Shown one piece after another: positions 1 through 13,572 of a stretch of 64,000 nt of DNA. Made by a program: the position numbers and the translations under genes. The stretch comes from Octopus sinensis (Eukaryota). Numbering within the stretch: position 1 is the first letter of the stretch; each line of letters opens with the position of its first letter. The DNA is taken from contig NC_043015.1 in assembly GCF_006345805.1 (NCBI RefSeq), forward strand, positions 32,054,001-32,118,000, given 5' to 3'. The notes beneath the pieces were generated by a model. It saw only the letters and a program-made list of their open reading frames with translations. It made no database searches and was not told where the DNA came from.

Positions 1-681
1 ACTCTCACGCACACACTGACATACTCACTCACATACAGCTATGTCAGAAACAATAGGACACTCAGTAGATGTGACAGAACAGATATGATTTTATTTCGTC
101 AAATACATATATACAACTGGTCTGAACATTCCTGTCCGTTTCAAGCGTGTCTGAAGAGGTATCGACACCATCTGATGGCGATATTTGATGCGTCACCAAC
201 GCTAACATTCTGACCAGTTACTATAACTATTTGATATACCGTTTCTCTCTCTCTCCCTATCTCTATCTATCCTATATCCGAGGGAATGGACCAATGAAAG
301 AGAGTGGCACTCAATCCTCTTGGTTGGAGTTACACGTATTATTTAACAACAGTTTGACTCAGCTCCGTACAGCTTAAAAGTTTCATTGGCTCATTGAACA
401 AACCTTGGTTGCCAGGCATTCGGGGGGGGGGGGACCTAATGACTGATGAACTAGATTGTTCTACATGCCTACGAAACTTTTTAGTTGCCTGAAGCTGAGT
501 CAAACTGTTATCAAATGATATGTATGTCATTGTTCAGTTTTATTTCATGATTTCTTGCCAATAGAGAAAGAGCTGGTTTCTAACCCAGACCCAAGGCTCC
601 TTGGAATTTCAACAACATCAACATCGACAGGGTATTTTTGTATGTATGTATATGTGCAAATTTGTATGTATGTATCATCAT

Positions 682-990
682 CATAATCATCATCATCATC
701 ATCATCTTTTAACGTCCGTTTTCCATGCTAGCACGGGTTGGACGGTTCAACTGGGGTCTGGGAAGCCAGGAGGCTGCACCAGGCCCAGTCTGATCCAGCA
801 GTGTTTCTACAGCTGGATGCCCTTCCTAACGCCAACCACTCCGTGAGTGTAGTGGGTGCTTGTGCCAGGCGAGGCTGGCAACGGCCATGATCGGTTGGTG
901 CTTTTTACGTGCCACCGGCATGGAGGCCAGTCGAGGCGGTGCTGGCAACGGCCGCGTTCGGATGGTTCTTTTACATGCCACCGGCACATG
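682..990 (-). mobile_element. 5'-truncated RTE-LINE 3'UTR copy with (GAT)n tail
   Basis: Reverse complement of GTGCCGGTGGCAC units + GAGTGGTTGGCGTTAGGAAGGGCATCCAGC...GTTAAA(GAT)n. The same 3'UTR follows the RTE ORF at 37370-38964. Confidence 0.8.
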
Positions 991-1004
991 TATGTACGTA
1001 TGCA

Positions 1005-1160
1005 CAGGCATGGCTGTGTGGTAAGAAGTTTGCTTCCTAATCAGATGGTTCTGGGTTCAGTCCCACTGTGGTACTTTGTGCAAATGTCTTCTGCTATAGC
1101 CTTGAGCTGACCAAAGCCTTGTGAGTAGATTTTGGTAGATAGAAATTGAAAGAAGGCCGT
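1005..1160 (+). mobile_element. SINE family A head (tRNA-like + CORE-like segment), partial
   Basis: GGCTGTGTGGTAAG...GGTTCAGTCCCACTG...TTGTGCAAATGTCTTCTGCTATAGCC matches the head of the full copy at 58999-59399. Confidence 0.7.
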
Positions 1161-1168
1161 CACATATA

Positions 1169-1790
1169 CAGGGTGTCCCGAAATTAAGGCAACCAAAGTT
1201 TGGGGCTTTAATAACTATCAATAAATGTGATATGAAAATTATACATCATTATAAAAGCTTAGTGTGTCTTTTTGTTTCAGACTAAATAAATTCAGATTTA
1301 TAAATTAGATAATGGCTATACAACAGAAATACAATCATAACCTTCCACAAAGGAGGCAAAGGTAATACAGCTATAGCAAAAAAAGCTTAAAATCAACCAT
1401 AGAACAGTCTGGAAAATTGTTGAGAAATTTCAAGTGACCAGTTCCACCACTAATTGACCTGGACATGGCTGAAAAAGAAGTGTGTGGGCCCCTCAGCTTA
1501 TCAAAAGTACCAGAGAAAAGATACAGCAAAATCCTCATTGCTCCATCATAAAACTGGCTGCTACAGCAAAAATAGGTCAAACATCAATGTATTGAGTGCT
1601 GAAGGAGGATCTTAGGGCCCACCCCTACAAGATGATCTGTTGTCATGAGCTCATGCAAGTTTTTAAGACCATGAAGCTGGAGAGAAGTCGTCTTATCCTG
1701 CATCAGATTGCTGAAGGCATGCTGCCCAACATGGTGCTCACTGATGAAAAGGAGTTTGACATTGAGCAGACAGTAAGCCACTAGAATGGC
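1169..1790 (+). mobile_element. Tc1/mariner DNA transposon, left end + decayed transposase (maT/DD37D-like), 3'-truncated
   Basis: TA at 1167-1168 then TIR CAGGGTGTCCC. Translation with stops/frameshifts gives an HTH region (GKGNTAIAKKLKINHRTVWKIV) through the first catalytic Asp motif (MVLTDEKEFDIEQ). It is cut off by an RTE 3' fragment at about 1797-1908. Confidence 0.8.
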
Positions 1791-3033
1791 TGACTTTGGA
1801 GTGGTTGGTGTTAGGAAGGGCCTCAAGTTGTATAAACCATCCCAAAACAGACACAATAGCCTGGTGTAGTATTCTACCTGGCCAGCTCCTGTCAAACCGT
1901 CCAACCCAAACCTTTGTTACTTTTTAATCTTCACATTACCATTTTGCTGAACCACCAACTGATTCATATGGTAAATACTATATACTGGCAGCTGGTATTT
2001 GGGGCCAAACCATTCAGTAATGGAGAAGTCATCACTGAAGAGCTTGAATTACAAGTGAAATTAGAATTTTAATATGATGATTTTGCTCACTGTGGGGTGG
2101 TTAATGCCCCTGTCAGTACATAGACTTGAGTTTCTTTGTAGCTAAGAGGGTTCTTACCTCTTATTTCTAGCAACGTAGGTGCTGCCCTGCACTGTCAGTC
2201 ACAATTAGTGAAAACTGAATTCTTCCTGTTTTGGTTTTAAAACTGAATTCTTCCTTTTTTTGGTTTTATATTGCTTATAGCTGCCTTTGTATTTTACATA
2301 TGTATGCACACACACACACACACATGTACACGTACACACACACACACGTACACGTACACACACACATTTACACTCTTTCATACCTATGCACTCGCTCACA
2401 AAATGCCAATTAGATGGAGTCTGTCCATATAACAAGGAAATAACCCAATCATTAATTTCCTATATTCTCATTTAGTTTCAAATTCCATTGTTGGGATTAT
2501 TATTATTATTATTGTTGTTGTTGCTGCTGTCTTTACTAGTAAATGTTACTAGTATTAGTTTCATTATCTTAACATTATCTAAATTATAAAGTGCACAAAG
2601 AAAGAAAGAAAGAAAGAAAGAATGATAGTGAATAATTTAAAGACTAGTGTATTAAAAAAATTTCTAAAAAAATATATGACTGCATAAAAAAAATTTAAAG
2701 AAAATATATCAACCACTACATAAAAATACATTTTAAATTTTAATTCAATCCGGACCACCTTATAATTAAGTGATACAAGATTTAATTAAAAAATAGTTTG
2801 TTGAAAAGTAGGAATTAATTAAAAGTAAATTTTCAGATAATTGTTGAATATTCAAATTGTTATTTTTTTTTAAGTGAATCGGATAAGCTTAATCTTTGCT
2901 TTGTCATTCTAATAAATTTTCGGAAAAAATTTTTCAGTAAATATTCTTGTTGTTATTCTCTGCTTAGCCACAGTCAAAACTAATTGAACAGACCTATGAT
3001 AAAAAGCATTCCAACCATGACCAAACTATTTAA

Positions 3034-3255
3034 CCCTTTTGATACCAACCCAGCCAAAACCGCCTCTGGGTCTGTAGTACAAATATCTTACTTTCATAAG
3101 TATTGAATTAAAATCTTCCACCAAACCTTAGTCACAATTTATGTTCCCAACACTAGTTTAATGATAACTAAGTTCTTTTACTAAATTCTTTGTTATATTC
3201 AAAATTAATTGAATGAAACACAGAGCATCTCAAAATAAATACAGTAATGAAAGGG
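3034..3255. mobile_element. piggyBac-type MITE (222 bp)
   Basis: TTAA at 3030-3033 and 3256-3259, ends CCCTTT...AAAGGG. An inverted homologous copy lies at 53619-53838. Confidence 0.85.
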
Positions 3256-3930
3256 TTAATATACTTAAAACTACATTATTCAGCAGATATTGGGCAACCC
3301 ACTGAATCTACTCAAGTCAACTGTAGAAATTCTTGCAGCAGTTGCCACTTAATATTGAACCCAGTATCATGCAGTTACAAAGCAATCTTCTTAACCACAT
3401 GGCTATGATTGTTTGTACCTCTCATGATTTTTGTTCAGGTTCCAGATTCTGAGAACTCAATGCTGTTGGCATGAGTTTTAGCTTCTGATAAATACAATGA
3501 TTCCTTCAAGCCAAAGATGTTTTAACAACATGTTTGTGATAAGTTAAGTTAAGTTAATTTTTTGGCTCAAAAATCAAAAAGCAAGGCCATGTAGGGGGAC
3601 ATGGAGTTATGTACAGGGTGGTGTCCATGCAAAGAGTTCAGGCCATTTGTGGTCAAGGGACACTTTAAACCAAGCGGTCGTCGGCATCTTCACTATCTCG
3701 TCCGGCAGCTTGAGGCCCTGAGATTTTTGAATTCAGGTATTTTCCCATTAAGGTGGGAAAATGATACAATTGCCAGAGTGTCAGATATAATACCTTGCAA
3801 TGTTCTTTTGCTCTCTATTCTGTGAGTTCAAATCCTGGTGAGTCCAACTTTACCTTTCATCTTTTCAGGATTGGAAAGTACCAGTCATGTACTGCATTGA
3901 TTCCTCCTCCCCACCCACCCCCACTCACCC

Positions 3931-3989
<59 letters not shown>

Positions 3990-4254
3990 CCTGAAGTAGA
4001 TCTGGAGAGGGATTGAATCTGCTAAGTTTAAAAAATTCCCAAAACATGCTGTATGTTATGATGGCACACCAGTGACCCCATCAGGAGCTGTGACTCCATC
4101 AGGAGCTGCGGGCCCAAGGCAAGGTGTTCTCACATTATTGTTTTGGTGTCTGATCAAAGGAATGGTTCAAAGCCATGATCTAACAAAAAGTGTGTATATG
4201 TTCTAACAGGAGATGTGAGCACTATAACTGTTGTTATTATTTTCAAGGGCATCA

Positions 4255-4710
4255 AAGACAACAGGCTGGTAGAATTGTTAGCACACCAGGCAAAAGACTT
4301 AGTGGAATATCATTCGTCTTTATGTTCTGAGTTCAAATTCTGCTGAGGTTGACTTTGCTTTTCATCTTTTCGGGGTTGATGGAAAAAGTACCTGTTGAGC
4401 AAAGGGGTCAATGTTATCAACTTACCCAGCTCCCGAACTTGCTGGCCTTGTGCCAAAATTTGAAATCATTATTTCAAATGGGTCAAATGCGGCAAGCTGG
4501 CAGAATCATTAGCACACTGGGTAAAATGTTTAGTGACATTTCGTCTGTCTTTACATTCTGAGTTCAAATTCCACTGAGGTCGATTTTGCATTTCATCCCT
4601 TTTGGAGACAATAAAATAAGTATCAGTTGAGCACTGGAGTTGATGTAATTGACTAACCCACTTCTTACAAACTAGCTGGCCTTGTACCAAAAATTGGAGC
4701 CAATATTTCA
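4255..4710 (+). mobile_element. Two diverged tandem SINE family B copies
   Basis: Two successive GGCAGAATC/TAGAATTGTTAGCAC...TTCTGAGTTCAAATT...GCCTTGTGCCAAAA modules. Confidence 0.7.
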
Positions 4711-4864
4711 AGTGGATGAGATAATCACATTGAAGTTCCTTTATTAATGCTAGATTTATTGATCAACTCTGATCAAACAAATCTAAGATCAATGAGATTC
4801 CGCTCATGGTTACTACATCCTTCCATTCTTTTTGTATATGTTATTTATTTTCTGTTATATTTTA

Positions 4865-5612
4865 ACTTTTACTTGTTTCAGTCATTAGACTGTGGCCATG
4901 CTGGGGTGCCACCTTGAAAAATTTTTGTTTAGTTGAACAAATCAACCCCAGTAATAATTATCATCATTTTAGCCTGGTACTTATTATTTCAGTCTTTTTT
5001 GCCAAACTGCTAAGTTACAGGAACGTAAACCCACCAACACTGGTAGTGGGGGACAAACAAAGACACACACACACACACATACGATGGGCTTCTTTCAGTT
5101 TCCGTCTACCAATTCCACTCACAAGGCTTTGGTTCACTCGAGGCCAAAGTCAAGATATTGGTTGATCTCTGACAGGTTTATGGTAAAACCTTTGGCAGTT
5201 GGGACCTTTGGCATTCTTGACCCAAAGACTATATCCCTGCTCACCACTATCAGAGCAGAGATGGCTGTCTGTAAGTGCAAGCCATGTGAGTCAGGGTGGC
5301 TGTTCCAGCGCATCTCCCTCGCTGTCCTCTGAGGTAACACCTTTTCCATTTTGTCTGTTGGTGCTATGAGAAATGTTGAACTATGATAGAAGGAAGTGAC
5401 CTTTACTTCTGCCACTCTAGAATTGTCCCCCTTCACTGATAACTGTACTGAAATGACCGAATTTGTCTACTGCTAATTAGCGAAGGTGCTTGTCAGCAAA
5501 CAAATATCATTCTTTGTATAGAAGACACTTGCCCAAGGTGCCATGCAATGGGACTGAACTTGGAACCATGTGATTGGGAAGCAAGTATCTTACAACACAG
5601 CCTTGCCTGTCC
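4865..5612 (-). mobile_element. SINE family A copy split by an insertion at about 5145-5516
   Basis: Family A sequence stops at ...CACTCGAGGC (about 5144) and resumes at TATAGAAGACACTTGCCCAAGG (about 5517). Confidence 0.75.
5145..5400 (+). mobile_element. CRE-clade-like non-LTR retrotransposon C-terminal (RLE) fragment
   Basis: Translation ISDRFMVKPLAVGTFGILDPKTISLL...ESGWLFQRISLAVL*GNTFSI resembles the CRE C-terminal motifs F.P.AVET.G and FLFQRISIA.QRGN. One in-frame stop. Confidence 0.6.
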
Positions 5613-5657
5613 CTATTAGTCATTTTTTAAAAAAACTTGTAAGGTATAAGTTAAGGC

Positions 5658-5739
5658 GTCGTCGTGGCCGAGTGGTTAAGGCGATGGACTAGAAATCCAT
5701 TGGGGTCTCCCTACATAGGTTCGAATCCTATCAGCGACA
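5658..5739 (+). tRNA. tRNA-Ser-AGA: tRNA-Ser(AGA), probably a retroposed or pseudogenic copy
   Basis: 82 nt. A box TGGCCGAGTGG; anticodon arm ATGGA-CT-AGA-AA-TCCAT; long variable arm GGGG-TCT-CCCT; T arm ATAGG-TTCGAAT-CCTAT. Acceptor stem GTCGTCG/CAGCGAC has one wobble and one mismatch. The discriminator is A rather than the usual Ser G. TTTT at 5746-5749. Confidence 0.85.
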
Positions 5740-5750
5740 TTGATATTTTA

Positions 5751-5979
5751 AGGCGGCGAGCTGGCAGAAACGTTAGCATGCCGGCGAAATGCTTAGCGGT
5801 ATTTCGGCTGCCGTTACGGCTGAGTTCAAATTCCGCCGAGGTCGACTTTGCCTTTCATCCTTTCGGGGTTGATAAATTAAGTACCAGTTACGCACTGGGG
5901 GTCAATGTAATCGACTTAATCCCTTTGTCTGTCCTTGTTTGTCCCCTCTGTTTAGCCCCTTGTGGGTAATAAAGAAATG
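5751..5979 (+). mobile_element. SINE family B, full length
   Basis: GGCGAGCTGGCAGAAACGTTAGC head, B-box-like GAGTTCAAATTCC, central GTCGACTTTGCCTTTCATCCTTTCGGGG, tail GTAATAAAGAAAT. Confidence 0.85.
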
Positions 5980-6897
5980 GGTATAAGTTAAGGAAATATA
6001 GCTGCTATTTCTAGCTGGTTGAGTGACCGGCTCCCCATCTATTGATCGCTCAGTGTGTTTGTTCTCAGGCAATATTTACAGTTGACCTGCCAACCTAATG
6101 ACCTTCACTACAATCTGCTTTGTTTACAGTTTTTGGTGCTGGTCACCATGACACCACAAATTGATCAGCCATTAATAAACCATCACCAACACCACCACCA
6201 TGCCACCACGCCACGCCACCACACCGCACCACCATGCTTCAGCTTTCATTGTCCTCACCAATGAACCACCGCTTCAGGTTAAGGTCAGTCAATCAGTCAG
6301 TCAGTTCTTGGTGGTTGGTTGAATCATGGCGGTGGTAGTGGTGGCAGCGGCAGGGGTGGTGGTGGCGGTGGTATTGGTGGTTGTGGTGGTGGTGGATGTG
6401 GTGTGGTGGTGTGGTGGTGTGGTGGTGGTGTGGTGGTGGTGGTGGTGGTGGTGGTGGTGGTGGTGGTGGTGGTGGTGGTTATAACTACTGAACATAGCCA
6501 CCCTTCCCATCCGCCCTCGCCCACCACTACCATCGATTTGTGATTAGTTTGCAATTGCCCCCAGCAGATATATATAATAATTTCACTTGAGGAAAAGCAG
6601 GAGGAGAGAGAAAAAGAGAGAGAGAGATCGAGTTGTGAGAAAGGCTGCTGACATATGTCTAGTTTGACTAGACAACAACAACAACAACTGCAACAAAAAC
6701 AGCAACACCAGCAAAAATAACAACAGTAGTTATTCTGTCCATTTGTAAGGCTTTCTTTATGTTAATAGAGAGGATTATAGATAATCAGTAGTGTTGACTT
6801 TTTCAGTATGTTATTGGTATATATATATACACACACATGTATCTATGTTAGTGAGTGTGTGTGTGCATGTTGTGTGTATGTGTATGTTATATGTGTG

Positions 6898-7125
6898 GCG
6901 GTGAGCTGGCAGAAACGTTAGCACGCCGGGCGAAATGCTTAGCCGTATTTCGTCTGCCGTTACGTTCTGAGTTCAAATTCCGCCGAGGTCGACTTTGCCT
7001 TTCATCCTTTCGGGGTCGATTAAATAAGTACCAGTTACGCACTGGGGTCAATGTAATCGACTTAATCCGTTTGTCTGTCCTTGTTTATCCCCTCTGTGTT
7101 TAGCCCCTTGTGGGTAGTAAAGAAA
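6898..7125 (+). mobile_element. SINE family B, full length, with TSD
   Basis: Near-identical to 5751-5979; TATATGTGTG flanks at 6888-6897 and 7126-7135. Confidence 0.85.
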
Positions 7126-7669
7126 TATATGTGTGTGTGCTGTGTGTTGTGCATGAGTGTATTGTGTGTGTGTGTGTGTGTTTGCTTGCATGTGGACACA
7201 AGGTGCCTTAACCCTTTAGTGTTCACATTATTCTACCAAAATTAATGCTTTTTCATCCACTTTGTTTTGAATTAATCCTGCATTAATCTTGTAGCTATGA
7301 GATTTTGATGAGGGAGCTGTTCATTGTAGGGTTGGTGTGAGAGACCAGATCTGGCCAGTTTGAACATAAAACAGGCAGAATACTTTTGGCCGGATATGGC
7401 TGGTTTAAATGCTAATGGGTTAATGTGGGAAAGTATTGAAGTGGTTTCTTCGCCAACCACTTTACATGTGTCCTGGGTGTTTGATATTTTAGCGCCAGCA
7501 CAAGATAGGGTCCCTTATATCCTGAAAGAGCCAAAGGTGCACAGTACTCTGAGATATGTACGTATACTCGAAGCAACATGACCCAGAAAGTGCTAAGAGA
7601 GAGACTGTGATGATAGAAGAGAAGCCAGGATGGAGAGGTGAAAGGCACATGATTATATCTTTCTTTCTT

Positions 7670-7853
7670 TTCTTTTCTTTTACTTGTTTCAGTCATTTGA
7701 CTGCGGCCATGCTGGAGCACCGCCTTTAGTCAAGCAAATCGACCCCGGGACTTATTCTTTGTAAGCCCAGTCTATCGGTCTCTTTTTGCCGAACTGCTAA
7801 GTGACGGGGACGTAAACACACCAGCATCGGTTGCCAAGCAATGCTAGGGGGAT

Positions 7854-7884
<31 letters not shown>

Positions 7885-8050
7885 CATATATACGACAGGC
7901 TTCTTTCAGTTTCCGTCTACCAAATCCACTCACAAGGCATTGGTCAGCCCGGGGCTATAGCAGAAGACACTTACCCAAGATGCCACGCAGTGGGACTGAA
8001 CCCGGAACCATATGGTTGGTAAGCAAGCTACTTACCACACAGCCACTCTT
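7670..8050 (-). mobile_element. SINE family A, near full length
   Basis: tRNA-like head, CORE-like CATCTTGGGTAAGTGTCTT, (CA/TA) linker, second module and A-rich tail, all on the minus strand. Confidence 0.85.
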
Positions 8051-8149
8051 GCATAAAAACAAGGTGGTTTTGGGTGAGAGAAGTTGATGACTGGCCATAC
8101 AGAATAGGAGATAAGGTAGAATGTATTGAGTACTACTAGCTCAATGCAG

Positions 8150-8410
8150 TCTCATGATGGGTCAGAGATCATCATGATTGTTCGACCGTGGTCGAGACAA
8201 TGGAATTTACCATGCAACGCTAGACTTCATGGTCCATCATAGCATTACGGAGGTCCTGTTGCTGGATGCCTGTATCCCTGGAGATTACATCAGGGTAGGA
8301 GAGTGTGCGCCCTCTGGTATCGCGAGTAGATGGCTTCCAGGGAAGTAGAGTGGTGATGATGGTGATGGGGGTGATAAAATTGAGGGAATCCTGTGCCACC
8401 TCTGACATTA
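8150..8410 (-). mobile_element. RTE-like LINE ORF C-terminal remnant (second family)
   Basis: Translation LLPWKPSTRDTRGRTLSYPDVISRDTGIQQQDLRNAMMDHEV*RCMV resembles RTE C-termini (WKP..G.R.RGRP...Y.D....DTG.....L..AM.DR..WR); short ATG-type tail. Confidence 0.55.
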
Positions 8411-8539
8411 TATGAATGGCATGAGTGAAAGAAAGATAAGCAATAGGGATAAGAGCAACGAGGAAATATCAATGGGACAGCCTGCTTGGGAAATTAACAT
8501 GCAAGCAGCTGAGCATTCCACAGACATACGTATCCTTTA

Positions 8540-8745
8540 TGTAATTCTCAAGGAAATTCAGCATGACATCGGATGTGACAAGGCCGGTCCCTTGGAATAC
8601 AGGTACAACTCATTTTTGCCAGCTGAGTGGACTGGAGCATTGAGAAATAAAGTGTCTTGCTCAAGGACACAACGCGTCGCTGGGAATTGAACTCACAACC
8701 TTATGATTGTGAGCCGAATACCCTAACCACTAAGCCATGTACCTT
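8540..8745 (-). mobile_element. tRNA-derived SINE (family C)
   Basis: Reverse complement GTGAAGGTACATGGCTTAGTGGTTAGG...GAGTTCAATTCC...GTGTCCTTGAGCAAGACAC is homologous to 24803-25140. Confidence 0.75.
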
Positions 8746-8796
8746 CACTGTGGGGCAATAAGGGGCAATAAGCCTATGGGAAATAAATACTCTTTG

Positions 8797-9252
8797 ATTG
8801 CTTGTGAAGACCTGTTGAGGCAAGTGAAATCGGAATCAAAATCAAATTCGATGACTGACATCCGTGCTAGTGGAGCACTAAGAGCACCATCCGAGTGTGA
8901 TCGTTGCCAGAGCGGCTAACTGGCATTCGTGCCAGTGGCCCGTAAAAAGCACCATTCGGGCGTGACCATTACCAGCGTCACCTTACTGGCACTTGTGCCA
9001 GTGTGCAAGTGACACATAAAAAAAAAACACGTTTTTCCATAACCGTTGCCAGTACCGCCTTACAGGCCCTTTAAAAGTACCCACTACACTCTCAGAGTGG
9101 TTGGCGTTAGGAAGGGCATCCAGCTGTAGAAACTCTGCCAAATCAAAATTGGATCCTGGTACAGCCTCTGGTTCGCCAGTCCCCAGTCAAATCTTCCAAC
9201 CCATGCCAGCATGGAAAGCAGACATTAAACGATGATGATGATGATGATGATG
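8797..9252 (+). mobile_element. Long RTE-LINE 3'UTR copy
   Basis: Starts with CTTGTGAAGACCTGTTGAGGCAAGTGA, shared with the post-ORF region of the RTE at about 37900-37930; repeat units; (GAT)n tail. Confidence 0.8.
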
Positions 9253-9667
9253 AGTATCTATTTCCTGTAGGCTTTTTGTCTCACATCTGCTACCTGAAGT
9301 TTACCTTTTTTTGTTTACCTGCCTGTGATCCCACTGCATCTCTTCTGTCTCAATAGTTTACACTGGGTGCACTACATGAAATTTTTACCCAGCCCTTTTT
9401 CTGCATATTGAGCATAGCCAATGCCATGATGGTAGTAGCAGGGTTCTATCTTCTCTCCTGCTTCATAATTTTTTTCTACTATTGGTACAAGGCCTGAAAT
9501 TTTGTAGGAAAGGGTTAGTTGATTACTTCAATTCTAGTGCTCAACTGGTACTATATATATATATATATACATGCATATAATTATCTATCTACACATGAAT
9601 ATATATATGTGTGTGCGTAATCATATACATATAAGTACACCCACCTACTCACATATACAGAAGCTAC

Positions 9668-9778
9668 AGAGTGAGTGAGTGAGTGAGAGAGAGAGAGAAC
9701 GAGAGAGAGAAAGAAAGAGAGAAATAGAGAGAGAGAACGAGAGAGAGAAAGAGAGAGAGAGAAAGAGAGGGAGAAAGA

Positions 9779-9810
<32 letters not shown>

Positions 9811-9870
9811 AAGAGAGGGAGAAAGAGAGAGAGAGAGAAAGAGAGGGAGAAAGAGAGAGAGAGAGAGAAG
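9668..9870. repeat. Compound (GA)n/(GAAA)n microsatellite
   Basis: Directly visible purine tract. Confidence 0.95.
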
Positions 9871-10164
9871 GGGGGGAAGAACTGGATGCAAATGGGTAAA
9901 TATTTATTGATACAAGGTGTTGAAACATGGTTTGTGTATAAGTGTGAAAGAACAGAATTATTTTCTGTTTCTTTCCATCATCGAATCAAGCGCTGGCCAA
10001 ACGCTGGGTGATGAAATACATGGTCTACATAACAGTGTGAAAATGACTCAATATTTAATGTTTTGTTAAATATCACCCAAACATAAGAACTTCACTTCAC
10101 ATTTTATCAGATCATTACAAATTTTTCCTTCTTCTTCCGTTTCTGATATAATGGATTCTACCAG

Positions 10165-10485
10165 CAAATGGAAACATCTTGAACGTTGGGTTTCGTGGAG
10201 GCAATGACAGGTGATTTGCAGTGCTTGACAAGACCTGCCAAGCCAAGTGAGATCATAGTTGTGACCAATGCTGGTGCCATGTAACTGGCATCTCTGCCAG
10301 TGGGATATAAAAAGCACCCACTACAGTCTTGGAGTGGTTGGCGTTAGGAAGGGCATCCAGCTGCAGAAACACTGCCAGATCAAATTGGAACCTGGTGCAG
10401 CTCCCAGGCTTACCAGTTCTCAGTCAAACCATCCAACCCATGCCAGCATGGAAAACAGAAGTTAAATGATGATGATGATGATGAG
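10165..10485 (+). mobile_element. RTE-LINE 3' end (last ORF codons + 3'UTR + (GAT)n tail), older copy
   Basis: GAACGTTGGGTTTCGTGGAGGCAATGAC...CTTGACAAGACCTGCCAAGCCAAGTGAG followed by the conserved 3'UTR. Confidence 0.7.
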
Positions 10486-11086
10486 GTGTTTTAATTTTTA
10501 AGTTCCACCAATATTCTTTTGATTCACTGGGATCAATATTGTCAAATATGTCTGTAGTTGTTTTCTTTCTTATGTATGTATGTATGTATGTATGTATGTA
10601 TGTATGTATGTATGTGTGTGTATGTATGTATGTATGTGTGTGTGTATGTATGTATGTGTGTGTATGTATGTATGTGTGTGTGTATGTATGTGTGTATGTA
10701 TGTATGTATATACGTATGAATGTATGTATGTATGTATGTGTATTTATATGTGAACACTCATGTGTGTGTTTCTATGAGTGTATATATGAGCATGTGTGTA
10801 TGTTTGCATGTGTGTGTGTGTGTGATCACATATGAGAATAGCTACTGACTTTCACTGTACGAATGTATAACCTCCATCAACCTCAGGGCAAGTTGTGTTT
10901 TAGGAATTACATTAGTAAACAATGTAAATTCTTCGCCATTGTCACAGGCATGGTTGTATGGTAAAGAAGTTTACTTTGTAACTGCATAGTCTCGAGATCA
11001 AACCCATTGCCTGGCACTTTGACCACGTGTCTTCTATTATAGACTCTCAGAATGAATCTGGGGAACAGACACTATGCAGAAGCTTG

Positions 11087-11129
<43 letters not shown>

Positions 11130-12344
11130 TGCGTGTGTGTGTGTGCGTTTGTTTTTGAGTTTGTTTTTTTTTTCTTCTTGTAGCAGTTTGGCAAAAAAGA
11201 AACTGAAAGAGTAAAAAATACCAGACTTCAAAATAAATTCTCAGGTTTAATTTGATTCCACTAAAACCATTTATGGCAGTGCCCCAGCATGGCCACAATC
11301 CAATAATCAAACCCAGTGAAAGAATAAAACAGTTAAACAGTAGTATTACACAAGAGCATAGAATTCTTTGCCATGGTTTTTTTCTAAAGCATGAAATAAG
11401 CTGACCTCAACAGTGACTTTTTCATGCCAAGAACACAAAGAGACGTAACACCTTCTGCCTTTATTGTCTATTAATGACTGGGTCACGGACAACTTTTGGC
11501 AATTTCTTCCTTCAGGCAGTTTGCCATGGGTTAAAGTTGTGAGTTCTTTTTTTGTTTGTTTGTTTTTGTCTTGGCTAATTACCAAAGTTGCCCATATTTA
11601 GAGACGGGAAGAATTAAAAAAAGAGAACAAAAAGAAATTTGTTTTTGGCAGAAGATTTTTTTTTCTTCTTAATTTTCTTTGATTTAAAAGATAAACTTCA
11701 ATCAAGGCAGAGCACATTATGACAATATCCATGCATTAATAAGAATGTGCAAACGTGTACATGCATGCATATGCACAGATACATGCAGACACATACAAAC
11801 ATATGCATGCAATGTATGTAGGTATGTGCATATATATACACAGTTACTGAGCATTTATATATATGTGTGTGTGTGTGTATGTGTATATATATATCTATAT
11901 ATATATATGTATAAATGTGTATATATATGTATAAATGTATATATAACTTGATACTTTGATACTTTGATAGGTTTCGGCCATTATTGGCCCAGGCCATGTC
12001 ACTAATAGCACCACCTGGTAAGTCTTTCAAGTCAGAATTTGGGCACTATGGCCCACTCAAGTAGAGAGTTATTGTTTACAGAGACATATCCGGGTGTAGG
12101 GGGTTTATCCGGGATTTCTTGAGGAAATCTGTCCAAAGACTTCTTGAACCCTATAGGGTCAGTTTCTGTTTTAATGTGTTTTGGTGTAATGTTAAGAGAG
12201 CGGGGCCATTGAGGTGAAATAATTGTGCCGTATTGTTGTTATGAGATGAGAGTGCGATTTTGTTTTGGGCGGATGGCACGGGGCCCCATAATATTGGATG
12301 TACCTTAAAGGTGATGCCAACATCATTTGGGCAATGCTGATATA

Positions 12345-13572
<1,228 letters not shown>

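Noticed and set aside
443-490. CTGATGA...GAAAC spacing suggestive of a hammerhead, inside a 17-bp IR (347-363 / 493-509)
   Set aside because: Stem II lacks the 10.1-11.1 pair and no stem I can be formed; at best a very decayed relic.
11965-11995. Minus-strand GGCC-AATAAT-GGCC-GAAAC (hammerhead stem II + GAAA)
   Set aside because: The CUGANGA core is absent (only CTG) and there is no convincing stem III or cleavage triplet.
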